In this document: one piece after another, positions 13,534-26,200 of the stretch
Layout of the letters: every line of letters starts with the position of its first letter
How positions within the stretch are numbered: position 1 is the stretch's first letter
NCBI GenBank assembly: GCA_002104905.1
Contig: MCFE01000521.1
Location: forward strand, 1 to 63,062
Reading direction: 5' to 3'
From: Basidiobolus meristosporus CBS 931.73
Lineage: Eukaryota > Fungi > Basidiobolomycota
Length of the DNA stretch: 63,062 nucleotides
Position numbers and translations under genes: made by a program
The notes under the pieces: generated by a model
Told to the model about the DNA's origin: nothing
Seen by the model: the letters and a program-made list of their open reading frames with translations, nothing else
Database searches by the model: none

Positions 13534-13677
13534 AAACCCTCCCTACTTAGTGTCGCAGCTGTATTACTTCTACAAAGGTATAAATACTGAGCTTCTTTAT
13601 GAATAAACAACAGTTCAACTATTATCACTATTTCTTGATAAGTTCCTCATATCCAAATCACTTCTTAAATTGCAACA
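13534..13677 (+). repeat. Copia B 5' LTR (last 144 bp only)
   Basis: Matches 17850-17993 with 2 mismatches and ends in CAACA. Confidence 0.93.
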
Positions 13678-13689
13678 GGTTATGAGCCC
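13678..13689 (+). promoter_or_regulatory. Primer-binding site GGTTATGAGCCC (tRNAi-Met half molecule)
   Basis: Directly follows the LTR end. The same PBS is at 23787-23798. Confidence 0.9.
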
Positions 13690-13713
13690 CAATTGCCTTA
13701 ATCTATTCTAAAG

Positions 13714-16700
13714 ATGACTTCTACCAGCAAACAAAGCAATACCAACATCTTCCCTGTAAAGGAGAGGTTTGATGGGAAGAACTACAGACTTTGGAGAATC
13801 AAGATGCAGATCCACCTTGAGGAAAGAAAGCTTTGGAACATAGTAACAGGAAAGGAAGTTGAGCCCAAAGGAACAGCAGAAGATGTGGAGAAGTTTCAAG
13901 AGAAGGAGAGAAAGGCCTTCAATGTAATATGCATCAATGTGCAAGACTCCTTCATTGGACAAGTCCATGCCTCAAATACTGCCAAAGCAGCATGGGAATC
14001 CTTAGAGAAGATCTTTAGAGCAAAGTCAGTATCAAGCAAGCTTTATTTGAAACAAAAGTTCTTCAACATGAGAAAAAAGCCAGATGATGACATGCTACAA
14101 CTCATTACCAGAATGGAGACACTTGCAGAAGAACTTTACAGTATCAATGCTGGTGTAGATGATGAAGAAAAGATACTCTGTCTGCTTTGCAGCCTACCAG
14201 ACAAATATGAGCCACTCATACTTTCTTTTGAAAGAAGAGAAGACAACCTAACTTTAGACTATGTCAAAGGAAGACTTCTCCATGAAGAACTCAGACATAA
14301 TGATCAAGCAGAGAAATTGAGGATAACGCTTTATTCAGTTCAGAAAGGCATACAGAAAAGAAGGGAAAGCAACAAAACCAAAGAAAACCTGGCTGCTGTA
14401 ACTACTGTAAGAAGCCAGGACACTGGGCAAGAGAATGCAAGAAGAAACAAGCAGACGAAAAACAGAAACTAGAGCAGGCAAACCATATAACTACTGATGA
14501 ACAGTTATTTGTAGCTGTACAAGAGAGTGCAAGTAACCAAAGTAATGAATGGTATATTGACTCTGGAGCATCACAGCATATTTGTGGTATAAAAGATTGG
14601 TTCAGCAACTTAAAGACTATTCCCGTAAGAAAGGTTTATCTGGGAGATAACTCTGCATTGGAAACTACCGCCAGTGGGTCTATACAACTAAATATGAGTG
14701 ATAACTCAGGGGCAACAACAGCCAAACTGACCAACGTACTCTATGTACCTGGAATAGCTAAGAACCTACTCTCAGTCAGTAAAGCAACTACTCAGGGACT
14801 GAAATTTGTGTTTACTAAGCTGAGCTGCTCAATATTGAGTGAAAATGGACAGAAATTAGCTTCAGGAATCAGATATCACAATATATACAAGTTACAATGC
14901 AAGATCATTGTACCTGAGTATGTCAACATTGCTGAAACTGATGAAACCAACTGGAAGATGTGGCATAGGAGGCTAGGACACATAGGGGAACAGAAAATGA
15001 GTCAATTGGTGAAAAATCAGCTTGTTTTGGGCCTAAAATACTCAATTCCGATCAAATTGAATGTTTGTAAGGGATGTTCATATGGCAAACAAGCTAGGCA
15101 ACGTTTCAAGAGCTCAGAAGGCATCAATACCACCAAAATACTGGCTACTGTACACTCAGACATATGTGGCCCCATGACAACACTGTCCTTTGGAGCCAAG
15201 AGATACTTTATGACGTTTATTGATGACAAGACAAGATATACATGGGTGTACTTCCTCAAGACAAAGGATGAAGCTTTAGAGACGTTTAAGCACTTCAAGA
15301 ACATGGCAGAAACACAAACTGGGTGTAAATTGAAGGTACTACAAAGTGACAATGGAGGAGAATACTGCTCAAAGGAGTTTGCAAAATACTGCTTGTCTAC
15401 TGGTATACTTCAACAGACCACAGTTCCTCATACTCCGCAGCAAAATGGAGTAGCAGAACGTGCAAATAGAACAATAGTAGAGATGGGAAGATCTATGCTA
15501 CATGATAAGGGAAAGGACTACAAGTTTTGGGCTGAATCTGTTGCTACCACTGTATACATCAAGAACAGATGCCCAACAACAGCACTACGTGATTCTACAC
15601 CCTTTGAAGCATATACAGGCAAAAAACCAGATCTCCAGCACCTCAGGATCTTTGGCAGTGATGTTTTTTATCACATCCCTGACAAAAAACGCTCAAAGTT
15701 GGAACCAAAGAGTAAAAAAGGGATCTTTCTTGGGTATTGTGAAGATACTAAAGGGTATAGAGTGTATGATGGCAAGATTCAGAAGCTGATCAAGAGTAGG
15801 GACATTGTATTTGAGGAGAATTCAGATCAGAAAGCCACAGAAATCATTGGCCAGCTGCCTGATGATGCAATTAACACAAATGAAGAAGATACGTACTAAA
15901 TCCAGCCAGAGATGGAAGATACTTCTACCAGTTCCAGATCAGAACAGATTATCCCAGTTAGGAGATCTACCAGAATAAGAAATGCCCCTGGATCCTGGTG
16001 GCAGACATCCAATGATCATGAAGAAGCTTATCGTGCCTTATGTGCCAAACCTCAGAGTCTGGAACAGGCAATGCAGGGTCCAGATGCTACAAAGTGGCAA
16101 CAAGCCATGCAGGAGGAGTACCAATCACTGATCAAGGCAAAAACATGGGAACTGGTAGATTTACCAAATGGGAGAAAGCCAATAGGATGTAGATGGGTCT
16201 ACAAGATCAAGATAACCTCAAATGGTGCTGTTGAAAAGTACAAGACTAGATTGGTAGCTAAAGGCTATTCCCAGATCCAGGGACTAGACTTTAAGGAAAC
16301 ATTTGCTCCAGTTGCCAAGTTTAACTCTATTAGGACAGTTCTAGCCCTAGCAGCTGTACACAGTCTAGATCCACACCAAATGGACGTCAAAACAGCCTTT
16401 CTAAATAGGGATTTGCAAGAAACTATATATATGGAGCAACCAGAAGGTTTTACCAATCCAAAAAGCCCCCATAAGGTGTGCAAACTTAGAAAATTGTTGT
16501 ATGGGCTTAAGCAGGCACCCAGAGCATGGTATAACAAGATTGACACATATCTAGAGAAAATTGGGTTCTCTTGTAGCACTGCAGATCACAGTGTATATGT
16601 GAAACAGCTCAAAAAGGGTGTGATCATCCTAATTCTTTATGTGGACAAACTAATTATAGCTACAAGTGATCAAGAGGCACTTAAACAGACAAAATCAGAT

Positions 16701-17630
16701 CTCTTCAGCAAGTTTGAGATCAAAGATCTTGGAAAATTGAGCTATTTTCTTGGAATTGAGGTCAAATTTGACATACCTACGCAGAAAATTGTGCTGAATC
16801 AGTCTAAATACATCAGGGACATTCTTAGACGCTTCAAAATGGAAAATTGCAAGCCTGCAGCAACCCCTATGGACAACAACCTGAAATTAAGCAAATCTCA
16901 GCCAGTTACAGATGAAAACGTCTCAAATATGGACCAAAACTTTCCCTATCAATCAATGGTTGGTAGCCTAATGTACTTGATGGTGTCTACACGTCCAGAT
17001 ATTGCAGTAGCAGTTGGAATAATCAGTCAATTCATGCAGAATTATGGATCAGATCAAATTGCAGCAGTTAAGCGGATTTTCAGATATCTACAAGGTACCA
17101 TAAATATGGTACTGGAATACTCTGGAGCAGTTAATAGGCAAAAATTTGATGGTTATAGTGATTCAGATTGGGGTAGGGATCTGATTGACAGACGTTCTAC
17201 CACAGGCTATGTATTTCTTTATGCTGGTGCAGCTATTACTTGGAATTGCAAGAAACAACCAACTGTGGCACTATCTACAACTGAAGCCAAATATATGGCT
17301 GCATGTCAAGCAACTAAGGAGGCTATATGACTACAAAAATTATTCAAAGACTTAGGTTTTAATTCAGGTGAACCAACATATATTTACAAGGATAATCAAA
17401 GTTGTATTTCATTAGCTAGAAATCCTACTAATCATGCCAGAACTAAGCACATTGATATACAGCATCACTATGTGAGGGAAGCTGTAGAAAATAACTTAGT
17501 GGAGCTGGTTTACTGCCCAACTGACAAAATGGTGGCAGACATATTGACAAAACCACTTGCTAGGCCACAGTTTGAGATCCTTAGAGAGAAATTGGGATTA
17601 AGAAATTATTTAGTTGAGGGGGAGTATTGA
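13714..17630 (+). pseudogene. Copia B gag-pol polyprotein with one frameshift and two premature stops
   Basis: Gag FDGKNYRLW; zinc knuckle CNYCKKPGHWAREC after a 1-nt deletion near 14313; PR WYIDSGAS; IN HSDICGP / SDNGGEY; TAA at 15897; RT; TGA at 17328; RH RTKHIDIQHHYVRE. Confidence 0.93.
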
Positions 17631-17993
17631 AATATTGGACTATTTAGTATCATTCAGCAGCTAAAAATTTACTTAACAATTCTAGGCTAGTGTTAGTCAC
17701 TGTAGGACTCATTTACTGCCTTAACTTTGCCACTTTCTCCAGATATATGATCTTATGATTATTCCCCTATAGTCAGGATCAAATTAGCACTATTACCAAA
17801 CATTATGTACTAACCTTGAAACTGTTACAGAATGCTCCTGAATATTGAGAAACCCTCCCTACTTAGTGTTGCAGCTGTATTACTTCTACAAAGGTATAAA
17901 TACTGAGCTTCTTTATGAATAAACAACAGTTCAACTATTATCACTATTTCTTGATAAGTTCCTCATATCCAAATCACTTCTTAAGTTGCAACA
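17625..17993 (+). repeat. Copia B 3' LTR (369 bp)
   Basis: Follows the PPT. TATTG...CAACA termini, with internal TATAAA and AATAAA. Confidence 0.93.
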
Positions 17994-18089
17994 GGCCTAA
18001 GTAGTCATCAAGCAAAGTATTGGAGAGCTGCAGGTACTGAGAAGTATCAGGCCCTGACGGAAAATCAAATCTAGGTCTTATTCCATTAC

Positions 18090-19190
18090 CCATGAACCAC
18101 AAAACAATTAGAGGCAGATCAGTCTTCAAGACAATATGCAAGGCTGATAGTACAATTGAAAAAACAAAGCAAGATTACAGCAAAAGGATTCTCCAAAATA
18201 AACAACTTGACCAGACTGTGACCAGTAACAAAGCTTAATTAATTCAGAATAATATTGGCTATTGTATCCAGATATTATATTTTTATATATCAAATTGATG
18301 CAAGAGCTACATTTTGGGATAGGGAACTTAATGAGGACATGTAGATGGACTAACCTAATAAGCTTGTTGACCAAGTTAACCCACACTTGGTCAGCAAGAT
18401 TAAAAAATCTCTCCATGGACCCAAACAACTACCAAGAGCCTGGAATTGCAAGATGGATTCTTACTTGGAGTCTTCAAGTTTTGAAAGGAGCACTGCTAAC
18501 CACAAGATATACTAAAGAAGTACCAGATGGAAGACTGCTAATTTTCAGCCACCCCATTGGAGACAAGTCTTAACTTGGTCAATATGAAACCAAACTAAGG
18601 GAGCCTAATGCCATCTGAAAGCCCTCACTTTCCTAATCAATATATGGTTGGTAGGCTGATGTATATCATGCTTGGAACTTATGTACATTGTGCTTGGAAC
18701 ACTTTTAGATATCTCATGTTCAGCAGGACTTGTCAGCCAGCACAATGAGAAAAATGGATTGGAGCATTTTGCAGCAGTCACAAGGATTTTGAGATACCTA
18801 TAAGGAACAGCTGATATCTGCTTAAGGTCCACCTATTAGAGCTCAGAGCAATATCCTGTGGGATATTCCAATGCTTTCTGAGCACAGAGAGCAGAAGGCA
18901 AAAGATCCACCATTGGAAACACCACTCTTGACTCTATAAGAGTATTTTGATGGAAATCAAGAAAGCAACCAGTTATAGCACTTTCTTCCACAGAGGCAGA
19001 ATATATGGAAGCCTGGGAAGCTACAAAAGAAGCAATGTGGTCAAGGGAGCTTTCTATAGACTTGGGGTTATGTCCAAAGACATTTATTACTTTAGCCAGC
19101 AGAGCGCCAGTAAGGGACAAGCAGGCAAAAACACCTGCATCAGTGCAGCATTCATCAAGGGGAAAACAGAGTGCCATATAAGAAGCACTC
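18090..19190. mobile_element. Copia RT/RNase H fragments in both orientations
   Basis: Degenerate RT segments, RRSTIG and STEAEYM-like motifs. Confidence 0.65.
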
Positions 19191-19243
19191 AGTCACAGTA
19201 GCTATGAAAGACATAGCAGTGATAGTGGTAAAGGTACAGAGAA

Positions 19244-19980
19244 ATGGCCCACCCAGGACACAGACAGGGAGGTGTCAGAAAAGAGCTGCAGTACCCACCA
19301 ATCAATACTGTCAGTCTAGAACAGGCTAAATTCCATCACAGCCAAGAAGAATTGCCAACTACAGAACGACAGTTTCCTCAAGAGTTGCAAGTGCAGCCAG
19401 CTGTGCAACACTCCAGTGCAGTAGATGAGATGGCAGAGAAAAGCAATCTGTCTACCACTGCCACCACATCCTCCATTGAAGACTTAGCGGAGATACCACT
19501 GACAGACAAAACAACTACATCAGTGCTTAAGACACTATCACAATACCTTCAGTGCAATTTTGGAACATTAGTAGGCACACCCAGAGATTGTAGCACTTCT
19601 TCATGAGAAGTACTCAGAAAAACACACCTGAGTATTGCAATGATTCATTGCTAAGACTGGCAGTTGAAGGGCTGGACCTTGCAGTGTTGGCTGAAGACTA
19701 GGAGGCAAGGGAATCTGGAAATCATCAGTTGCATAAAGCTGCAGGGTTCCTGCCAAAGTCATGGCAACAGAGCATTACAGCAGAACAAGGTGAAAAAGTG
19801 TCTGGGATCAGAAGTTGAGAGAATTGATAGAGGACCAATCAGAGGCCACTTGTGTATTGTTGTTATGGAAAATTCTGACCAAGTTTTTTGTGAAATCTGG
19901 GGGGCAATTTTTTTAGCAGTCTCTGCACAGTGTCCAGATGGGACAATACCTCTTCATCATCAGCCTCTAATTTTATGAAG
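19244..19980 (+). repeat. Family X repeat, copy 3
   Basis: NLSTTATTSSIEDLAEIPLTDK aligns with NLSTTGSASSIVERVEIPLTDK at 251-541. Confidence 0.6.
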
Positions 19981-20039
19981 GCCTTTTGATGGGTTCATAA
20001 CAGTTATATAACATAGGGTATACTACAAGTATAAAGCTG

Positions 20040-20960
20040 AATCTGTAGATTGCTACCTCTACAGTATCAATTCCCTACTCCATCTTAACTGGGGTATGGA
20101 GAATATTGGGTTGTGCATCACCTTTTGGGAGTTTCCTATGGAGTCCAATCTCATCAATAATATTACCTTCAAGTCTGTCACCAATTAGATGAGCTGGCAT
20201 ATGGAAAACGGCCAGAAAAAGCTGGAATATACTGAGAACGGATGTGTTAATAGTGACAAAGTTGTCTTTGATATTAGGAAGCTAGGCAGTCCCAAAGCAT
20301 GGGTAATCAATCCAGTAGTGCAAAGTTGGGATGGGTGCAACTAGCAACTAATATCTATGGGGACAGCTTTGCCAAAGAATGCATGTTTCTCATGATCATA
20401 AGCCTGTTTTACATCATTCAATACAAACTCACTCAAACAAGAACCAGAGGGTCCAGAATCTAGCAGGGAGATGTAATATAATAGATAAATGCCAGGAAGT
20501 TGTTTGTGGATATTCACAAGGTAGATATGGCAAAAGTGGTAGCAGCCAGGGAAATGTTTGCAACATGTATATGTCACCAGCAGTATATGGTATAAGGCAA
20601 CTTAGCAAGTATCACACTGGAAAGCCATAAGGTTGGGATGATAGAAGTATGTCAACTGCAGCAGGTGTGCACATATGTAGAGGTTAGTAATCACAAGGCC
20701 ATGGTTTCTTCTGATTTGGATTGTATGTGGAGTACCTAAGGTAGTAGTGGGTATGTAAGTAAGAAGTGGTGCTTCTACAGTGAAACACATGAATGACTCA
20801 ACAGGTGGTAGAAAAAGAAAAACTATTGGGTATGTTGTTATTGTAGCATTGGACAGTGCAAGCTGTAGGCAGCCATACTGCAGTTATAATGCCATCAAAG
20901 GCTTGCTATGTTGCATTCAGAACACCATCAAGCTTCTTGCCATACATGGCAATTGGATTT
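20040..20960 (+). mobile_element. CACTA/EnSpm-like transposase relic
   Basis: SINSLLHL...ENIGLCITFWEFPME, homologous to 30780-31760. Confidence 0.65.
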
Positions 20961-21009
20961 ATTGAGCAGTTATGTTCACTCAAATAAAAGTAGAATGTGT
21001 CAAGACTGT

Positions 21010-21860
21010 TTGAATGGCAGGCAGAGCTTGTCAAAAGAATGCTGGTGTAGATGACAAAGAAAAGATACTCTGTCTGCTTTGCAGCTTACCAGACAAATGT
21101 TAGCCACTAATACTGTCTTTGAAAGCAGAGAGACAATCTGGCTTCTGACTTTGTCAAAGGAAGACTCATCCATGAAGAATTCAGATATAAGGACATGGTT
21201 ACTCTAACTACTGTATGAAGCCAGGACACTGGGCAGGAGAATGCAAGAAGAAATAAGCAGACCAAAAAAACAGAAACTAGAGTAGGCAAAACATACAACT
21301 ATTGAAGAGCGGTTGATGGTAACCGTACTAGAGAGAGCAAGTAAGCAAAGTAATGAATGAAATATTTACTTTGGAGCATCACAGCATATTTGCAATATAA
21401 GGAGTGGATCAGCAACTCAATGATTATCTCCACAGGAAAGGTGTATCTGGGAGTCAACACTGCACCGGAAGCTACAACCAGTGGATCTATACAGCTAGAT
21501 ATGAGTGATATCTCAGGGGCAATAATAGCAAAACTGACTGACATACTCTATGTGCTGGCAATAGCTAAGAACCTACTTCAGTCAGTAAAGATATTAGTCA
21601 GGGACTGAAATATGCCTTTACTAAGCTGTGCTGTTCTATATTGAGCAGAAATAGACAAAAATTAGCCTAGGAAATCAGAGATCAATAGATATACAAGCTA
21701 CAATGCAATATCATTGCACCTGAGTATCTTAGTATTGCTGAAACTGATGACACCAGCTGTGAGAAATGGCATAAGAGGCTAGGACACATTTGGGAACAAA
21801 AGATAAGTCAACTAGTTAAAAATTTACTTGTTTTGGGCCTGAATTACTCAATTTCAATCA
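21010..21860 (+). mobile_element. Degenerate Copia B gag-end/protease/pre-integrase fragment
   Basis: Collinear with 14140-15060. Confidence 0.85.
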
Positions 21861-21899
21861 AATTGAATATCAGAAAGAGATGTTGACAAGGCAAACAAG

Positions 21900-22925
21900 C
21901 TAAGTAACAGTTCAGGAGCCTGGGAGTTAATAACATCATCAAGTTTGATGGTCAACCAGTACCATGGTAGAGTGAATAAAAACCTGGGAACTTGGTGCTT
22001 CCAGATTGAAGAAGCTTTCAAAGCTAAGGGAATTGCTCCAGAAAACAAGTTATATTATACAGCCTCTTACCTGGCATATGCAGCTTTACAGTGGTACAAC
22101 CACAAGATCAGGTCAGCAACCATGATGGGATGCTCTACAATTTCTACCTAAGACAAGTTTGTGTTGGAAATTCAGGATGCCTTTGAACCCCTACACTAAC
22201 AGACACTACTAAGAAGAAAGTTGAAGACACTCAGACAGAAAGGAATGGTCAAAGAGTACATCTGTGAATATAGATGTCTACTTGCACAAATTGAAAGAAT
22301 GGACCCTCTGGATCAAGTCAAATACTTTTTTGATGGGTTGAAATAAAGAACTTGTAAGGAAGTGAATAATCAAAGACCTCAGACTATTGACAAAGCTATC
22401 AAGATTGCCATTGACTACGACTCAGTTATGTTAGGAGTCAAAAAGCCAACAATGACTAATCAGAGAGGCTACAATTACTATGACAGAAGATAACCTGTAG
22501 CAGTGCCAATAAAAATAGATGCTATACAGAAGAATCCTACCTCAGAAGAATGGACTTTGCTTTAATTGCCACCAGCAAGGACATATTGCAAAGTACCGCC
22601 CTCAGAGAAGAAATGGACACCAGCCATCAAGAACTTTGAACCATATTGAAGCCCTTGAGCATAGCAACATGGTGAATGAACTTACAGAAAACTTAGGACT
22701 CACCTTCCACATGACCAAAGAGTACTTTTTCCAAACAACCTCAAACTCAGGAAAGCTATTTTGCTCGAATGAAGTAATCAATTGAGTGTTTATCAATATC
22801 ATGATTGACTAAGGAGCATTGCATGGGTACATGTCAGTGCAATTTGCCTTGAAAGCTGAAATGAGCTTGGAACCAGCCAAATCAACTACAGTCTCAAGAG
22901 CAGATGGGAGCTCTCACATTTGTCA
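21900..22925 (+). mobile_element. Ty3/Gypsy gag-protease relic
   Basis: Retrotrans-gag-like W.FQIEEAF...YLAYAALQWY, zinc knuckle GLCFNCHQQGHIA, protease ID*GA (DSGA-like). Confidence 0.8.
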
Positions 22926-23398
22926 AGCATTTAAGGAGGCTGTATGGCTACAAACTTTATGCAAAGACTTAGGATTTAATTCACATAAGCCAACATATAT
23001 TTATAGGAATGATAACAGTTGTATTTCTTCAGCTAGGAACCCTACTAAATTTGCCAGAACTAAGCACATAGATATACAGCACCAGTATACAAGGGAAGCT
23101 GTAGAAAATAACTTAATAGAGTGAGTTTACCACCCAACAGACAAAATGGTGGCAGATAAATGGACAAAACAACTAGCTAAGCCACAATCAGAAACTCTTG
23201 CAGATGGATTATCATTAAGATATTTTTTAGATGAGGGGGAGTATTGAAATATAGAACTATTTGGCTTCATTTAGCAGCTCAAGATTTACTTAACAAATAT
23301 GGACCAGTCCTGGTCACTGCAAGACTAACTTACAGCCCTTACTTTCCCACTATTTTTCAGATCTATGATCCTGTGACTATTCCATAATAGTCAAGAAT
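22920..23398 (+). mobile_element. Copia B RNase H, PPT and partial 3' LTR
   Basis: RTKHIDIQHQYTRE; PPT 23233-23241; LTR from 23242, interrupted at 23398. Confidence 0.88.
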
Positions 23399-23415
23399 AG
23401 ACTTGTTCCATTGTA
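23399..23415 (+). mobile_element. Solo PHIS-family terminus
   Basis: AGACTTGTTCCATTGTA preceded by AAT. It is the exact reverse complement of the terminus ending at 28807. Confidence 0.7.
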
Positions 23416-23416
23416 A

Positions 23417-24830
23417 TGTTAAAATATTGGACTTTTTAGTATCATTCAGCAGCTAAAAATTTACCTAACAATTCTAGACTAGTCTTGGTCTCTGTAGGAC
23501 TTATTTGCTGTCCCAACTTTGACAGTGTCTTCACATCTACAATCCAATGATTATACCGCTAGAGTGAAGATTAAATTAACACTTTTTACCAAGCATTTTG
23601 TACCAACCCTGAAACTGCTACAGAATGCTACTGAATGTTAAGAAACCCTCCTTACTTATTATTGCAGCTGTATTATGTCTACAAAGGTATAAATACTGAT
23701 CCTCTTTATGAATAAACAATAGTTCAACCATTAACACTATATCTTGATAGGTTCCATACATCCAAATCACTTCCTAAAATGCAACAGGTTATGAGCCCAA
23801 ATAGCCTTAACCTAGTGTAAAGATGACTTCTACCAGCAAACAGAACAATACAAACATCTTCCCTGTAAAGGAGAGGTTTGACAGGAACAACTACAGACTT
23901 TGGATAATCAAGATGCAGATCCACCTTGAGGAAAGACGGCTTTGGAAAATAGTAACAGGAAAGGAAGTTGAGCCCAAAGGAACAGCAGAAGATGTGGAGA
24001 AGTTTCAAGAGAAGGAGAGAAAGGCCTTCAATGCAATATGCATCAATGTGCAAGACTCCTTCATTGGACAAATCCATGCCTCAAATACTGCCAAAGCATC
24101 ATGGGAATCCTTATAGGAGATCTTTGACCAAAATCAGTATCAAGCAAGCTTTATCTAAAACAAAAGTTCCCCAATATAAGGAAGAAGCCAGATGATGACA
24201 TGCTACAACTTATTACAAGAATGGAGACACTTCCAGAAGAACTTTACAGTATTAATGCTGGTGTAGATAATGAAGAAAAGATACTCTGTCTACTTGTGCA
24301 GCCTACCAGACAAGTATGAGCCACCAATACTTTCTTTTGAAAGCAGAGCAGATAACTTAACTATAGACCACGTCAAAGGAAGACTTCTCCATGAAGAACC
24401 TAGATGTAATGATCAAGCAGAGAAAATTGAAGACATTACTTAATTCAGCTCAGAGAGGCAAACAGAAAATAAGGGGAAGCAGCAAAACCAAGAGAAACCT
24501 GGTTGCTGTAACCACTCTAAGAAGCCAGGACACTATGCAAGAGAATGCAAGAAGAAGCAAGCAGGCAAACAACCAAAACTGGAGCAGGCAAACCATATGA
24601 CTACTGATGAACAGTTATTTGTAGCTGTACAAGTGAGTGCAAGTACCAAACTAATGAATGGTATGTTGACTCTAGAGCATTACAGCTTATTTGTGGCATA
24701 AAGGAGCGCTTCAGCAACTCAAAGACTATTCCCATAAGAAAGGTTTATCTGGGAGACAACTCTGCACTGGATGCTACTGCCAGTAGGTCAATACTACTAA
24801 ATTTGAGTGATATATCAGGTAAGAGTGTAG
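23417..24830 (+). mobile_element. Second Copia B copy: full 5' LTR (23417-23786), PBS, degenerate gag and protease
   Basis: TGTTA...CAACA LTR. MTSTSKQNNTNIFPVKERFD is nearly identical to the gag at 13714. Confidence 0.92.
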
Positions 24831-25039
24831 CTATGTTCCCTGCCTCTGAGGTTGACTTGTATAGCTACTTCCCCTACTCCCTCAGATGTTCTATTGCCAC
24901 CCATGAAAAACTTCTTAATTGGAATTCCTTGATATTACACTTGTTCCAATGTAGTGTACCAGGGCATGCAGTGCAGTGCCTGGTTGGTAAGATTAATTAG
25001 TCATAATGTTGTAGCTACCAATAGGCAGAATCTATCTTG

Positions 25040-26200
25040 CATAATTTTGCATTTTGTGGTACAATCTTGCATACTATGGCATAATCTGACACAATGAAGT
25101 TAGCATGGATGATTGTGTCAGCTTGTAATGTTTGCATCACATGCATTATTAGACACCACTACAAGAGTAGGTAAAATCCAGTATTTGATATGTTTCTTCA
25201 ATGTAAGTAGAAATTAATGTATATTACACTGTCAATTTCTTTCATACTTGCCATTTTGGTAACTATCACTCAAATTGGATGGCGTTTCAGTTATTGATTG
25301 GCCTAAAGTATCCTGAGCTGCAAGCCCCAATTGGCTCATTGATCAGCATACAAGCCACCCAATATGCCATCAGGTATCTCATTTTGCACATTAAGTAAAT
25401 TCCTGATATCAGTGATTGGATCAGGTATTATAGCTGGCACACAATCAATTGTGTTGGTGCAAGACAAATCAAATAGCTGCACTGATGTTACAGATGATTT
25501 ATAAGCAGTGAGGGTTCTTATTTATAGTGGTTCTGTCTCAAATGTGAGACCACCTTGATATTACTTATATTTTAATAGTGACCACTAGTTTGCAATGCCT
25601 CAATGTAGATAGCAAAAAAATGTGTTGGGTCAATTATGACAAGTATAGTATTTCAGTGCAATTATGTCATCTTCTCCTGGGTTTTTTGCTCACAAAGATC
25701 ATTGCTGAAGCATTTTGTAATGATTCACATTGCAAAACTAAACTACTTCTTTGTTGACTATCATCTTGCGTACTTGTGTACTGGAAGTCAGCATTTTGCC
25801 TCCTAGTTGATGAGTCCTGAGCCTGAGCTTGGTCATGCAGAATTGCTCTTGATGAAGTTATGGAACCAGCCTGAAGTGCCATGTCCTGATGTGTTCTTTT
25901 ACTTGCCAAAGGCTCCTGTGGTGGAGGCACTTCCAGTAGGTTATTGCTAGTAAGTTCACCAGATGTAATTTGCTGAGGGCCAGGTGTTACAGCTTAAGCA
26001 GGTGCAACTTAACGCATATGCATGACCCTTGACTGAGTGCAATGTGATGCCACTTATTAACACAACTTGGCCCACTCTTGTGGACTTGTGTCTAATCAAG
26101 CAGTTTGGCAAGTTCTGGTAGCTTTGCTCTGAGCTGTACACATTGACCTGGTGTATGGTGCTGTTGTGAAGGGTTTTCAGAAATTCCAAATAAGATTATA
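25040..26200. repeat. Unclassified dispersed repeat, inverted homolog of about 34390-35520
   Basis: Continuous DNA similarity over about 1.1 kb (e.g. CTATGGCATAATCTGACACAATGA vs CTATGGCACAATCTGACACAATGA). Confidence 0.7.

Larger units (their letters stand above)
13534..17993 (+). mobile_element. Ty1/Copia family B element, nearly complete with a truncated 5' LTR
   Basis: Partial LTR, PBS, gag-PR-IN-RT-RH in Copia order, PPT GAGGGGGAG (17616-17624) and a full 3' LTR. Confidence 0.97.
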
